Assembly: GCA_003135555.1 (NCBI GenBank)
Contig: PLCF01000027.1
Coordinates: 6,116 to 70,115, forward strand
Source: Vulcanimicrobiota bacterium
GTDB lineage: Bacteria; Vulcanimicrobiota; Vulcanimicrobiia; Vulcanimicrobiales; Vulcanimicrobiaceae
Reading direction: 5' to 3'
Length of the DNA stretch: 64,000 bases
Shown here: positions 15,501 to 23,401 of the stretch, in pieces
Layout: every line of letters begins with the position of its first letter
How positions within the stretch are numbered: position 1 is the first letter of the stretch
The notes under the pieces: model-generated
Seen by the model: only the letters and a program-made list of their open reading frames with translations
What the model was told of the DNA's origin: nothing
Databases searched by the model: none
Program-made: the position numbers and the translations under genes

Positions 15501-15920
15501 TCAGCGCTGGGCATCCAGGACCGCGTTGACCACGGCATCGGCCGCTTTGTTCTCCTTGCGGGGGACGTGCCGCACGTCGACTCGGCCGAACTTGCGCAGC
15601 AGGGCCTTGGCCTCGGCGTGCAGCGGGATCAGGCCGGGGTGCTTCACGCGGTACGCGCCGGAGAGCTGCCGCACGACCAGCTCGGAATCGAGTCGGATCG
15701 AAATCTCGTCGATGCCGCGCACCAGTGCGGCCTTGAGCCCCTGGATCAGGCCCGTCCACTCGGCCACGTTGTTGGTGGCGACGCCGAGAAACGTCCCGAT
15801 CTCTTCGAGCACTTCACCGTCATCGGCGAAGAGCACGGCACCCGACGCGGCGGGGCCGGGGTTACCGCGGGAGCCGCCGTCGGCGTAGAGCGTAGCCTTC
15901 ACTTCTGAGAGGGGGAACAT
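15501..15920 (-). CDS. rnhA: Ribonuclease HI
   Basis: 'YADGGSRGNPGPA', 'TNNVAEW', 'DSELVVRQ', 'HVPRKENKAAD'; start could be GTG 15902. Confidence 0.9.
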   Translation of the reverse strand: MFPLSEVKATLYADGGSRGNPGPAASGAVLFADDGEVLEEIGTFLGVATNNVAEWTGLIQGLKAALVRGIDEISIRLDSELVVRQLSGAYRVKHPGLIPLHAEAKALLRKFGRVDVRHVPRKENKAADAVVNAVLDAQR

Positions 15921-15961
15921 CACGCAACGCCCTAATACCTCCCCACCGGCTAGAGAAAAAT

Positions 15962-16038
15962 CGGGCAGTGGCGCAGCTTGGTAGCGCACCAGTCTGGGGG
16001 ACTGGGGGTCGCAGGTTCAAATCCTGTCTGCCCGACCA
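15962..16038 (+). tRNA. tRNA-Pro (anticodon GGG)
   Basis: Acceptor CGGGCAG/CTGCCCG, D-arm GCGCAGCTTGGTAGCGC, anticodon arm CCAGT-CTGGGGG-ACTGG, T-loop GTTCAAATC, encoded CCA. Confidence 0.97.
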
Positions 16039-16041
16039 ATC

Positions 16042-16075
16042 AAAAGAAACCTCGCGAAGTGCGAGGTTTCTTTTT
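16042..16075. terminator. Intrinsic terminator (probably bidirectional)
   Basis: AAAAGAAACCTCGC-GAAGT-GCGAGGTTTCTTTTT. Confidence 0.85.
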
Positions 16076-16088
16076 GTTGTTGTGTCGC

Positions 16089-16503
16089 TTACAGGTGTTG
16101 CGCGGTGAAGGGGCCGGAGGCGCCCTGGGCGGCGCGAGTGCGTCCACGTTCCTCTGACGACGCCGTCGGAACCCCACACGCCGCGATACGTCGCGGTGCC
16201 GGCGAGCCCGCTTGAAGTCGTCGCGATGATGTGCCAGCGCCACGCGATTGCGCGGCCGTTGACCAATCCGTCGGCGGAGCCGATGCCGTTGGGGCCCTTG
16301 CACGAGCCGGAGATCGCATTGCCGCTCTGCCGGAACACGCAGACCGGCGCGCTCGTCGCGACAACGACGCCACCACCGAGAAGCGTGCCCGAGACGGCCC
16401 ACGTCCCTGCAAAGTTCGCCGCATCTGCCGGGGCCGTGGCGGACGCTACGAGGGCGAATGCGGCGAGCGCGCTCGCATAACCGAGCTTGGCGATCATGTT
16501 CAT
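16089..16503 (-). pseudogene. Small secreted beta-rich protein with apparent +1 frameshift near its 3' end (or sequencing error)
   Basis: Signal peptide then 'NFAGTWAVSG...CVFRQSGNAISGSCKGPNG'; removing one G near 16126 gives PGASGPFTAQHL* ending just before the terminator. Confidence 0.55.
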
Positions 16504-16562
16504 GATCTCGCATATATCCGCGTCGCAGCGCACTCTCCTTCGGCCAGCCGCTCGCACGTAAT

Positions 16563-16640
16563 CGATCGTGGCCCATGCTTCGACGGGGCTCAGCATGAAA
16601 AAAAATGTCACCCTGAGCTTGTCGAAGGGTGAGCCACGAT
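16563..16640. repeat. Inverted pair of REP-like repeats
   Basis: 16563-16598 (reverse complement TCATGCTGAGCCCCGTCGAAGCATGGGCCACGATCG) faces 16606-16640 TGTCACCCTGAGCTTGTCGAAGGGTGAGCCACGAT. Confidence 0.8.
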
Positions 16641-16798
16641 AGACGACGAGAGTCGCGAACGACTGAGTCTCGCCGTTCCTTCCTGGCGTAGAGCGATTCG
16701 AACTCGTTCAAGGCGTCGGCATCGGATGCCGGGCGCGGGCCTTCCCATACGGCGAGATCGATGCTCATCGGACTCCATTCTCGGATATTCGGCGGCCC

Positions 16799-16836
16799 GG
16801 GGTCGCCGGTTTAAATCCAACCTGCCCGACCAATCA
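16799..16836 (+). repeat. Degenerate direct repeat of tRNA-Pro 3' end (att-like scar)
   Basis: 33/38 identical to 16005-16042. Confidence 0.75.
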
Positions 16837-17279
16837 TGGACGCCGTCTCGCCACGCGAGAACAGGGAACTCTCTTGCGAAGTCGCGCGCGGTGAAGACGC
16901 GCCGTTCGACTGCTTTGGGGGTAATGCCGACACGGGGCGTGCGGTCGTCGGAGGAGCCGGCACTTGGACCGCTGCCCGAGGCGGTTTCGGTGCAGCATAG
17001 CCCTCGCGGATCGGCTGCGGCGTAGTTGAGACCTTCGAGGCCGAGTACCCCTTGCGTAGTGCCTTGATAACATCGGGCATAACGCCATTTTCTTCAGCGC
17101 ATCTTGATTACCCACGGCGAGTCGCACGATTATTCGCAAGACGCAAAAGCATGATCTTCGCGCGACGCGGACCCTTCTTGTTTCTGGGACCGCGACAGAG
17201 CGCTACCGAAAGAATAGCGCCCGGCCTTGACAGCGACGATTCCGGCAGGCAAACCCAAGACGGCCGCCGACAAGGCGGC

Positions 17280-17594
17280 ATGAGCCGGGTCATCCGCCGA
17301 GTAACCCTTCTACCACGGCACGTCGCCACCGGGGCGGTGAAGCAATCATACTTTTCAGGTTTTATCGAAGATGCCGACGGCGTGCGCCTCGATCACTCGA
17401 ATCCTGTTCCGCCGCCGGTGGCGCTCGCGATCGTCACGTTCGGCGAACGCGAGTTTAACCTGATCCACCTGGACGGCGAGGGACGTGAGCTGACAGACAC
17501 GCGTTACGAGTCCCTCGATGATGCTCTCGCACAGGGCCTACGGGAGTTCACGATCCAGCCCGCGGACTGGGCTGTCGTCTCTGAACCCTACTGA
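17280..17594 (+). CDS. Hypothetical protein
   Basis: Globular-looking 104 aa ORF with 'LIHLDGEGRELTDTRYESLDDALAQ...EF'. Confidence 0.55.
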   Translation: MSRVIRRVTLLPRHVATGAVKQSYFSGFIEDADGVRLDHSNPVPPPVALAIVTFGEREFNLIHLDGEGRELTDTRYESLDDALAQGLREFTIQPADWAVVSEPY

Positions 17595-18465
17595 CCGAGT
17601 CGGGCCTTAATCGGCGGAGGCGGCGCGGCGGAAGACGGTGGGGTGCGTCGAGGGCGTAGGCTGATCCCGGCAGCGCCCACTCCCAGTAGTGCTCGGTGAA
17701 CGGGGTGCCCGCGTCGAAATGCTTCGATGACCAGCGGGGCAGAAAGTGCATGCGCTCATCGCCCGGAAACCACAAGGTCTCCGACGTCGCGCGCAGTTTG
17801 TCGCGATGCCAGCCGAGCCCGACCTCGGCCTCGTCGAACTGGCGAGTCAGATACTTGCGCCGCGCGTGCGTCTCGCTCAGAAAGATGTAGTGGCGCAACG
17901 GGAAGTCGCGCGGGTACCAGCGCGCTTCCCCGGACAGCAGGTGCCCCGCATGATCGCGGTTCTCCAAGCCCGCGCGGTTCTTCCACGCGCGCAACAAGAA
18001 CGGATAGCGCGGCTGGAAGAAATAGTAGCGCGTGAGGCGCCGGCGGTAGTCCTCCATGCCCCACAGATCCTCGCCCGGCTGCGGCACGAAGACGTATTCG
18101 TTGAAATGGACGCAGTTGTAGCCGGCGGCATCCGCGGCCCGCAGTCCTTGGAGGAGCGTTTGCCCGGGATCGGGTCCGCTGAGCCATTCGTCCGCGTCGA
18201 CGTGCACGATCCAGTCGTGGTCGAGCCGGTCGATGATGCGCCACTTCGCATCGAGCTGCTCGGTGAGCGAGAAGCGGCCGGTCCACGACAGGCGCTCGAT
18301 GGCAAGCAAACCGCGCCCCAGAAACTCGCGCGCAATCGCGACCGTACGATCGGCAGAGTCGTGATCGATGAGGATGACCTCACAGCCTTCGCCGATCAGA
18401 TCGGTGAGTGCGCTCCAAATGTGGGCCTCTTCGTTCCTAGCGCACATGATCGCAACGGCACGCAA
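17548..18465 (-). CDS. Glycosyltransferase family 2
   Basis: GGAGG RBS plus TTG; 'ARNEE', 'IDHDSADRT', DxD motif 'HVDADEW'. Confidence 0.85.
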   Translation of the reverse strand: MRAVAIMCARNEEAHIWSALTDLIGEGCEVILIDHDSADRTVAIAREFLGRGLLAIERLSWTGRFSLTEQLDAKWRIIDRLDHDWIVHVDADEWLSGPDPGQTLLQGLRAADAAGYNCVHFNEYVFVPQPGEDLWGMEDYRRRLTRYYFFQPRYPFLLRAWKNRAGLENRDHAGHLLSGEARWYPRDFPLRHYIFLSETHARRKYLTRQFDEAEVGLGWHRDKLRATSETLWFPGDERMHFLPRWSSKHFDAGTPFTEHYWEWALPGSAYALDAPHRLPPRRLRRLRPDSVSRVQRRQPSPRAGS

Positions 18466-18493
18466 GGCTTGTCCTCCATGGCAGCAGGTACCC

Positions 18494-19258
18494 TCAAGTA
18501 TCGAGTTCTGACACCCGTTCCACGAGCGCCTGCCGAAGCCGGGCACGATCGGGAAGCTGGTCCGGCTTCCAACACGATTCTAACATTCGGTCCCAGGAAT
18601 CTCCTGGCAGCAGCATCGACACGTCGTGCCGCCCGACCCCGAGCGACGAGTAGTAGTCGTAAAACTTGAAACCTTCGCCGTGCACGCGGTCCGAGATCTT
18701 CACCCAGGCCGCCTCGATCCCGTACGCATGCGCGAGGATCAGCCCGTGCAGCGACGAGGAGAGGATGCGCCGGCACGCCGTGAGTTGGGCGACGTACACC
18801 TCGGGTGCTGCGAACACGTCGACGATGGGGATGCCCATGCTGCGGCAACTCGCTACGAAGTCGCCATCGCGATCGACGTAGTGCGGGACGAGTCCGACCG
18901 CGTGCTCGGGCGGCGACGGCGCGATGAGGTCGGGCAACAGCAAACCGACGTCGCCCAGGACGTCGCTGCACCGAATTCCGCGCCGGGTCAGGATGTCGCG
19001 GGTGAGTTCTCCGCGCAGCGCGAGCACCCGCGCGGGCGGGTGGATACCGAGGTGCTCGGCGACGAGCCCGCAGCCCCACAACACGGAGAACTCGTCGGCC
19101 CAATGCGCGATCGAACCGATCCCGATGAGGTTGGGCGCCGGCTGCGGCGCTTCGCCGACGATTCGAACCTCACGGCCGGTGATCGCTTTGACGATGCGCG
19201 CGCCGATCACGTCGCCGACGTTGTAGGTCTGGGTGAACTGCTTGAGCCGGATGCTCAC
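18494..19258 (-). CDS. Polysaccharide pyruvyl transferase (ExoV-like)
   Basis: 'NVGD', 'IGSI', 'LRGELT', 'LVPHY', 'SSSLHGLILAHAYGI'. Confidence 0.85.
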   Translation of the reverse strand: MSIRLKQFTQTYNVGDVIGARIVKAITGREVRIVGEAPQPAPNLIGIGSIAHWADEFSVLWGCGLVAEHLGIHPPARVLALRGELTRDILTRRGIRCSDVLGDVGLLLPDLIAPSPPEHAVGLVPHYVDRDGDFVASCRSMGIPIVDVFAAPEVYVAQLTACRRILSSSLHGLILAHAYGIEAAWVKISDRVHGEGFKFYDYYSSLGVGRHDVSMLLPGDSWDRMLESCWKPDQLPDRARLRQALVERVSELDT

Positions 19259-19267
19259 GCGGGGCGC

Positions 19268-20131
19268 TTAACGAGCTCGCGCCGCGGCGACGAGGATGTT
19301 GATCGTCGCGTGTTCGGGCCACAACGCGGCGGCGCGCAGGTACGCGGCCCACTGCGCCTGCGCAGCGGCGCCCTCGGCCGGCGACGGCGGGCCCGCCAGC
19401 CGCACCTCGTCGACGGGCAGCAGCCGAAAATCACCCAGCCCGGCACCCTCCAGCAGCGCTTGCAGACTCGCCGGCGAGAAATAGTATTGATGGTCGAACA
19501 GAAACAGGCCCCAGACGTCGCCTAGTGCGAGCCGGCCCCACGATTCCCAGTTTGCGGTCTCGAAGATCATCGATCCGCCCGGACGCAGCCGCGCGCGCAG
19601 CGATTCGACGACGGCGCGCGGGTCGCGCAGGTGCTCGACCACGTCCCACATCGTGACGACGTCGAAAGCGCCCGGCGCGTCCGCAAGGTCGGCCTGCAGC
19701 TCGACGCCGTTCTCACGCGCGGCGCGCTCGCGCGCCGCCGCGCTGCGCTCGATGCCGCGGGCGTCCCAGCCCGCGGCCCCCGCCGCGCGCACGAACGTTC
19801 CGATCCCGGCGCCGAAGTCAAGCACCCGGGCTCCTGCCGGCGCGACGAGCGCGAGGAGTTCGAGTTGCTTCGCCGCGCGCGCGCGCTGGTGCTCGGGATC
19901 GCCCACGTACGTGTCCTGCGAGCGCCAGCGCATCTCCATGTATGCCAGCGACGCCTCCAGGGACGGCCGCGGCGTCTGATACGCGAGGCGGCACGCCGCG
20001 CACTCCGCGACCGCCGCGGTCATCCCGAAGCTCACCGGAATGGTGCGCGAAGCGTGGAGCGCACCGCAAAGCGGACACCCCGGCTCCTCGAGGCGCGCGT
20101 ACGAAACCCCTTCGATGACGTCGTGGATCAC
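19268..20131 (-). CDS. Class I SAM-dependent methyltransferase with N-terminal CxxC pairs
   Basis: CPLC/CAAC; 'VLDFGAGIG'; 'FDVVTMWDVVEHL'. Confidence 0.85.
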   Translation of the reverse strand: MIHDVIEGVSYARLEEPGCPLCGALHASRTIPVSFGMTAAVAECAACRLAYQTPRPSLEASLAYMEMRWRSQDTYVGDPEHQRARAAKQLELLALVAPAGARVLDFGAGIGTFVRAAGAAGWDARGIERSAAARERAARENGVELQADLADAPGAFDVVTMWDVVEHLRDPRAVVESLRARLRPGGSMIFETANWESWGRLALGDVWGLFLFDHQYYFSPASLQALLEGAGLGDFRLLPVDEVRLAGPPSPAEGAAAQAQWAAYLRAAALWPEHATINILVAAARAR

Positions 20132-20163
20132 GGCGGCGCGACGTTTCTGCCGCGCTCGAGGTG

Positions 20164-20526
20164 CTAGCCGGCCTTGCGGTGGTGCAGGATGAACTGGTTG
20201 CCTTCGGGGTCTTCGCCGAACGCCATGTGGCAGACGGGCGTATCGGTGATTTCGCCGTCGCCGTGGAGTTTTACGCCGCGCGCCCGCGCCTCGGCGACCG
20301 CTGTGGCCACGTCATCCACCGCGAACATCACGGTGCCGCCCGAGCCGGCCTCCGTCTCCTCGCTGTGGTAGAGCCCAAAACTGTTGCCGTCCGCGAACGT
20401 CCACTCGGCCAAACGTTCGGGCCACTGCGTCTCGGGCGCGGCCCCAAGCAGATCGGTGTAAAATCGCGTCTGGGCGTCGAGATCCTCGACGGTGTAGTAG
20501 GTAGCGTCGATCCCGCGAACTGCCAT
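20164..20526 (-). CDS. VOC/glyoxalase family protein
   Basis: 'FYTDLLG', 'FAVDDV', 'DPEGNQFILH'. Confidence 0.85.
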   Translation of the reverse strand: MAVRGIDATYYTVEDLDAQTRFYTDLLGAAPETQWPERLAEWTFADGNSFGLYHSEETEAGSGGTVMFAVDDVATAVAEARARGVKLHGDGEITDTPVCHMAFGEDPEGNQFILHHRKAG

Positions 20527-20540
20527 CGTTCGACCTCGCG

Positions 20541-20858
20541 CTACTTCTTGCGCCCGGCCGGTTTTTTCGCCGCGCCGCGTTTCGCGCCGCCGACCGCGTC
20601 CTTGAGGCCCTTGCCGGGTGCGAACGCCGGGACTTTGCGCGCGGCGATCTTGAGCACCGCGCCGGTCTGCGGGTTGCGCCCGACCCGCGCCTTGCGATCG
20701 CGAACGACGAAGCTCCCGAACGGAATGAGCTGCACCTTGTCGCCCTGCTTGAGCGCGGCGGTGATCTCGTCGAGGATCAGGTCGACGATCTCTCCTGCTT
20801 GACGCTTTGAAAGTTCGTGCTCGTTGGCCAGGGAGTCGACGATATCGGCTTTCGTCAC
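20541..20858 (-). CDS. HU-family DNA-binding protein (short basic tail)
   Basis: 'TKADIV', 'VQLIPFGSF', 'RVGRNPQTG', 'VPAFAPGKGLKDAV'. Confidence 0.92.
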   Translation of the reverse strand: MTKADIVDSLANEHELSKRQAGEIVDLILDEITAALKQGDKVQLIPFGSFVVRDRKARVGRNPQTGAVLKIAARKVPAFAPGKGLKDAVGGAKRGAAKKPAGRKK

Positions 20859-21023
20859 TGTTTCGTTGTACCTCAAGAGAACGGCGTACCGAAACGGCTC
20901 CGTACCCTCATGGTGCCGCTCGCTCGGGAAGGATACGCTTGCACGCCGCCCGGTCCTTCCGCTCGCGCGGCGAAAAAGGCGTGGCGCAACGCGGAAAAGC
21001 CGGAAACTGTTGTCCATTTGGAA

Positions 21024-21905
21024 ATGGATCGGATCCTCACCGCCTCCGCGGCGCACGGCACCCTCTCACTCGTGGCCGGGGTCACGTCGCGGCTCGTCGC
21101 CGAAGCGCGCGAACGGCACGACCTCGCACCGACCGCGAGCGCGGCGGTCGGCCGCCTGCTCACCGCCGCGGCACTGCTCGGCGCATCGCTCAAAGGGCGC
21201 GAGCGTTTGACGCTTCAGGTGGTCGGCGCCGGGCCGATCGGCAGCATCACCGCCGACGCGTGGAGCACCGGCGTGCAGCGGATCGGGGCACGCGCGTACG
21301 CGCGCAACGGCCGCGCCGATCTGCCGCTCAATGCGCGCGGCAAGTTCGACGTCGCCGGCGTCGTCGGCGAAGGGAAGCTGCAGGTCACCAAGACCTATGA
21401 AGTTGGCCAACCGTACAGCGGGATCGTGCCGCTGGTCTCGGGCGAGATCGGCGACGACGTCGCCGCGTACCTCGGCAACTCGGAGCAGATCCCGAGCGTC
21501 GTCGCGCTCGGTGTCCTGGCCGACCGTGACGGGATTCGGGCCGCGGGCGGCGTGATCGCGCAGGTCGGTCCGGGCGCGCACGACGCAACCGTCTCGGCGT
21601 TGGAGCGCAACGTGGCGGCGATGGCGCCGGTCACGACGCAGATCGCCGGGGGCGCCGATCCCGAAGCCCTGCTGCGCGCGGTCGCGGCTGGGCTCGATCT
21701 CAAGGTCTTCGACGCCTACGAGGTCGGCTTCGACTGCCGCTGCACGCGTGCGAAGGTCGAGACCGCGCTGCTGGGCCTGGGCAAAGACGAGTTGGCCAAG
21801 ATCGCCCGGGAACAACCCCAAACCGAGGCCACCTGCGATTTCTGCCGGGTGACCTACGTGCTCACCGCCGACGACGTCCGCAACTTGGCTCAGCGCCTGG
21901 GCTAG
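21024..21905 (+). CDS. hslO: Hsp33 redox-regulated chaperone
   Basis: 'LVSGEIGDD.A.YL.NSEQIPS'; C-terminal CRC...CDFC zinc motif. Confidence 0.93.
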   Translation: MDRILTASAAHGTLSLVAGVTSRLVAEARERHDLAPTASAAVGRLLTAAALLGASLKGRERLTLQVVGAGPIGSITADAWSTGVQRIGARAYARNGRADLPLNARGKFDVAGVVGEGKLQVTKTYEVGQPYSGIVPLVSGEIGDDVAAYLGNSEQIPSVVALGVLADRDGIRAAGGVIAQVGPGAHDATVSALERNVAAMAPVTTQIAGGADPEALLRAVAAGLDLKVFDAYEVGFDCRCTRAKVETALLGLGKDELAKIAREQPQTEATCDFCRVTYVLTADDVRNLAQRLG

Positions 21906-21910
21906 GGAAC

Positions 21911-22177
21911 CTAGTGATGCTCGGGCGTCGCCTGGGCGGCGGCCTCCGGTCCCGTCGTAGCCGCGCCGCCGATGCGCGGGCGAAATTCCTCGATGATGCG
22001 CCCGTGCCCGAGGTTGGTGTACCACCAGCCGCACTCGCAGCGCACCGGAGCGCCATGGTCGGGCGGGTACGGATACACTCGCTCGCAGCGCGGGCAGGTG
22101 AACGTCGGCCCGGGGACCGGTTCGGCGGGCGTGTAGGTGATCGGAGCCGCCGGCGGGGCGGGGTGAGGGGACGCCAT
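21911..22177 (-). CDS. Small putative zinc-ribbon protein
   Basis: CPRC...CECG; GGAGA-type RBS region downstream of tyrS. Confidence 0.55.
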   Translation of the reverse strand: MASPHPAPPAAPITYTPAEPVPGPTFTCPRCERVYPYPPDHGAPVRCECGWWYTNLGHGRIIEEFRPRIGGAATTGPEAAAQATPEHH

Positions 22178-22198
22178 GGCTTTTCCTTATCTCCAAGC

Positions 22199-23401
22199 TT
22201 ACGGGACGATGCGCACGAACTTCCGCGAGCCGACCTGCAGCACCGCTGGGCCCGCGGCGCTCCAACGAGCGGCCGGATCGCTGACCGCCGTCCCGTCGAC
22301 GCGGACGGCCCCTTCGCCGACCAGCCGCGCAGCAGCCCGCTTGGACTCGGCGAAGCCGGCAGCGACGATCAGATCGACCAGCCTCGTTCGCCCCGCCAAC
22401 GGGAGCTCCGGCATCTCGGCCGGGATCTCGCCGCGCTGAATCGTCCGCTCGAACCACTCGCGTGCCGCCCTGGCCGCGTCGGCTCCATGATAGAGCGCGA
22501 CGATATCGTGCGCGACGCGCTTTTTCTCGTCCATCGGCGAGATCGCGCCGCGCAGCAGCTGGGCTTCGAGCGCGGCGACCGCGTCGGCCGGCCACCAGGC
22601 GGCCAGCCGCGCGTAGCGCGGCAACAGTTCGTCGGGGATGCGCATCGTCTTCCCGAACATGTCGTTGGGCGAGTCGGTCAAGCCGATGTGGTTGCCCAGC
22701 GACTTCGACATCTTCTTCTGCCCGTCGATCCCCTCCAACAGCGGGACGGTGATGCAGATCTCGGGCTGCTGTCCGGCGTGCACCTGATACGGCCGGCTGA
22801 TGAGCAGGTTGAAGAGCTGATCCGAGCCGCCGACCTCCACGTCGACGTTCATCGCGACCGAGTCGTACGCGACCGCGACGGGGTAGACGAACTCGTGCAG
22901 CGCGATCGGTACGCCGCTCTCGTAGCGCTGCTTGAAGTCGTTGCGCTCGAGCATCTGCGCGACCGTCGTCTGCGCGAGCAGCTTGTAGATCTCGTCGAAG
23001 GTGAGCTTGGACAGAAAGTCGCTGTTGTGAACCAGCCGCACGCGCGACATGTCGAGCACCCTGCCGGCCTGCTCGGCGTAGGTGCGCATGTTCGTCTCGA
23101 TCTGCTCTTCGGTCACCGGCGGGCGCGCCGCGTTGCGGCCGCTGGGGTCGCCGATACGCGCGGTGAAGTCGCCGATGAGCAGGATCACGTCGTGGCCGTC
23201 GTCGACGAAGCGCTGCAGCAACCGCAAGACGATGGCGTGCCCGATGTGCAGGTCGGGCGAGGTCGGGTCGAGCCCGAGGTAGACTCGCAACGGGCGCCCC
23301 TGCTCGAGCCGCTGCACCAACTCCGGGAGCGTCTCGACGTGATCGCAACCGTCGATGAGGCGTTCCGCGCGTTCCCGCGCCGAGCGTTTAGCGTCCGTCA
23401 T
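22199..23401 (-). CDS. tyrS: Tyrosine--tRNA ligase
   Basis: HIGH ('DLHIGH'), KMSKS, 'GGSDQLFN', C-terminal S4 domain. Confidence 0.97.
   Translation of the reverse strand: MTDAKRSARERAERLIDGCDHVETLPELVQRLEQGRPLRVYLGLDPTSPDLHIGHAIVLRLLQRFVDDGHDVILLIGDFTARIGDPSGRNAARPPVTEEQIETNMRTYAEQAGRVLDMSRVRLVHNSDFLSKLTFDEIYKLLAQTTVAQMLERNDFKQRYESGVPIALHEFVYPVAVAYDSVAMNVDVEVGGSDQLFNLLISRPYQVHAGQQPEICITVPLLEGIDGQKKMSKSLGNHIGLTDSPNDMFGKTMRIPDELLPRYARLAAWWPADAVAALEAQLLRGAISPMDEKKRVAHDIVALYHGADAARAAREWFERTIQRGEIPAEMPELPLAGRTRLVDLIVAAGFAESKRAAARLVGEGAVRVDGTAVSDPAARWSAAGPAVLQVGSRKFVRIVP

Noticed and set aside
16799..16836. Second tRNA gene
   Set aside because: Only the 3' half is present, the T-stem is disrupted, and there is no D or anticodon arm upstream
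16811..17080. 89 aa Pro-rich ORF on the minus strand
   Set aside because: No recognisable motif, and it overlaps the att-like scar; cannot be supported as a gene
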